From Camelus dromedarius (taxonomy: Eukaryota), in contig NC_087450.1 of assembly GCF_036321535.1 (NCBI RefSeq), positions 52,762,001 to 52,826,000 on the forward strand: a stretch of DNA of 64,000 nucleotides. Direction: 5' to 3'. How positions within the stretch are numbered: the stretch's first letter is position 1; each line of letters begins with the position of its first letter. The notes beneath the pieces are model-generated. The model was given only the letters and a program-made list of their open reading frames with translations. It was not told where the DNA came from and did not search any database. Below are positions 62,521 to 64,000 of this stretch, piece after piece. A program made the translations under genes and the position numbers.

Positions 62521-63558
62521 GACAGGCCTTGTGTGATAAGAATTTTCATAATACACATTTTAAAGATAAGAATTCCAAGGCATAGGAAGGTTAAATAACT
62601 TACTCCAGGTCACATGCCTAAGTGAGAGAATCAGCTCTAAGTACCTAGTACTTTACTCTTCCTCCCAGTTTGCAGTCTCTCTGCATGTGGGAACGAATGA
62701 AATAACCTGTTTGCTAAAAGCTTAGGTACTACACTGATGTATCTAACCATACACTTAGCACTCTTAAGTGACTGGAAAAAAAAAAGGATTCTTAGTTTAC
62801 AACAGAGATATGGTGGAGTTTTTAAAGGCAACTTTGGTGCTTGAAAATGAAGTAGAATGTTTTGGGTAACATGCACTGAGACAGAAAGCAGGTTTTGGTG
62901 TGTGTGGGAGGGTCGCTGGAGGTGAGCGACAAGCCTGCAGGCTCACATTAGTACATCTGTGTGGTTGTTTCTTGGGTAATAATACCAAGCCCTCTTCCCT
63001 GGTGGGTAAATCATAGATTGCTCTATGCTGGGAGCTAGAAATGCTAGTTTTCTAGATGAGTAATTTTTTCAAAAGGATTAGAGTACCCTAACACGATGAG
63101 AAGATTTTATCTGGAGGTATGATTTTCTTCCCAATTTGACCTCACCCTTCCTCAGAAGTGACTTGCTGGCCTTGCACATGAGAGTCACGCAATTAAACTC
63201 AATTGAGTCATGACAAATTCCAAAGTAAGACAGCCAATTAAATGACAATAAATACATTAAGTAAGGTCTCATTCTGCCTGACTTCAAATGTGCAACGTGA
63301 GTGTAAGACAGTACATGAGTACCAGTGCAACTCTCTGAAACAGGATTTTGATGCTGCTAATTGTGGGACCAAATATGTATAATAAAGTAATTTATGGAAG
63401 GAAAAGATAGCTTCAAGTGCTGGAGCACTCTATTAGGACCAGTTATCTAGTAGAATTTTTATACCTGGTCAATTATTTATATTAAATTTTCTCTGTTATA
63501 TCAAGAGATGCAGTTTTTCACTCTTGATTAATTCTTTCTCCCTTTCACTTTCTCTCAG

Positions 63559-63559
63559 T

Positions 63560-63605
<46 letters not shown>
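63559..63605. repeat. Compound (TA)n(CA)n microsatellite
   Basis: Directly visible. Confidence 0.97.
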
Positions 63606-63606
<1 letters not shown>

Positions 63607-64000
63607 GAGTACCTGGTGGCATATCCTTGTCTGTTAAATTACTTTAGAAACATAGAATGGTTATTTTTAGAGGTGAAATTTCCTTGTTTCGTGTTTGAAT
63701 AAAGTACAGTAGGCTCATACTGAAATATTAATATTTGGTGATCACTTTCTGTTGTATATCCAGATTTGTTTCATAAATGAAAAGGCAAAAAATTTTAGGA
63801 AATAAAACGGTTTCCAAATCCTGAGGTTCAGAAGGATTTTGTATATTTAAGAAACACTAAGTTGGCATCAAGGTTTCCTAGTGTGAGCCAATAGTTTATT
63901 GCTTCATTGTCTAAAAGAGGGATCACATTTCAGCTAAATTACATTAGAATAAGTTTATAAAGATAATCATAAATCACTATTATGTAACGATTACCTCATG

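Overview
Eutherian mammal genomic DNA, AT-rich, with three assembly gaps (8579-8739, 17987-18210, 60952-61170). The young L1 3' ends (especially 36363-36895) look like the camelid L1 family as I recall it, and I see no Alu, B1, SINEC, PRE-1, Bov-tA or BovB. Camel or alpaca is therefore the likely source, but this is an inference. The window is dominated by decayed interspersed repeats: L1 of several ages, L2, MIR, MaLR/ERVL LTRs (MLT1, MLT2, LTR16-like) and hAT-type MITEs (MER5, MER53, MER81). I recognise no protein-coding gene, tRNA, rRNA or CRISPR array. The supplied ORFs are L1/L2 remnants, gap artefacts or chance frames, so this reads as intronic or intergenic sequence. I cannot support a new biological system here. 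The best unexplained signal is a pair of ~133-bp direct repeats (50612-50744 and 52311-52444, 105/134 identical by hand alignment) that bracket an L2 remnant. They have a near-invariant CpG-containing core, shared hairpin potential and a terminal ACA on the minus strand. A CCAAT/GC-box promoter-like island at ~22 kb and several low-confidence exon candidates are also reported. Repeat family names come from memory of consensus sequences, and boundaries are approximate unless a TSD is given.
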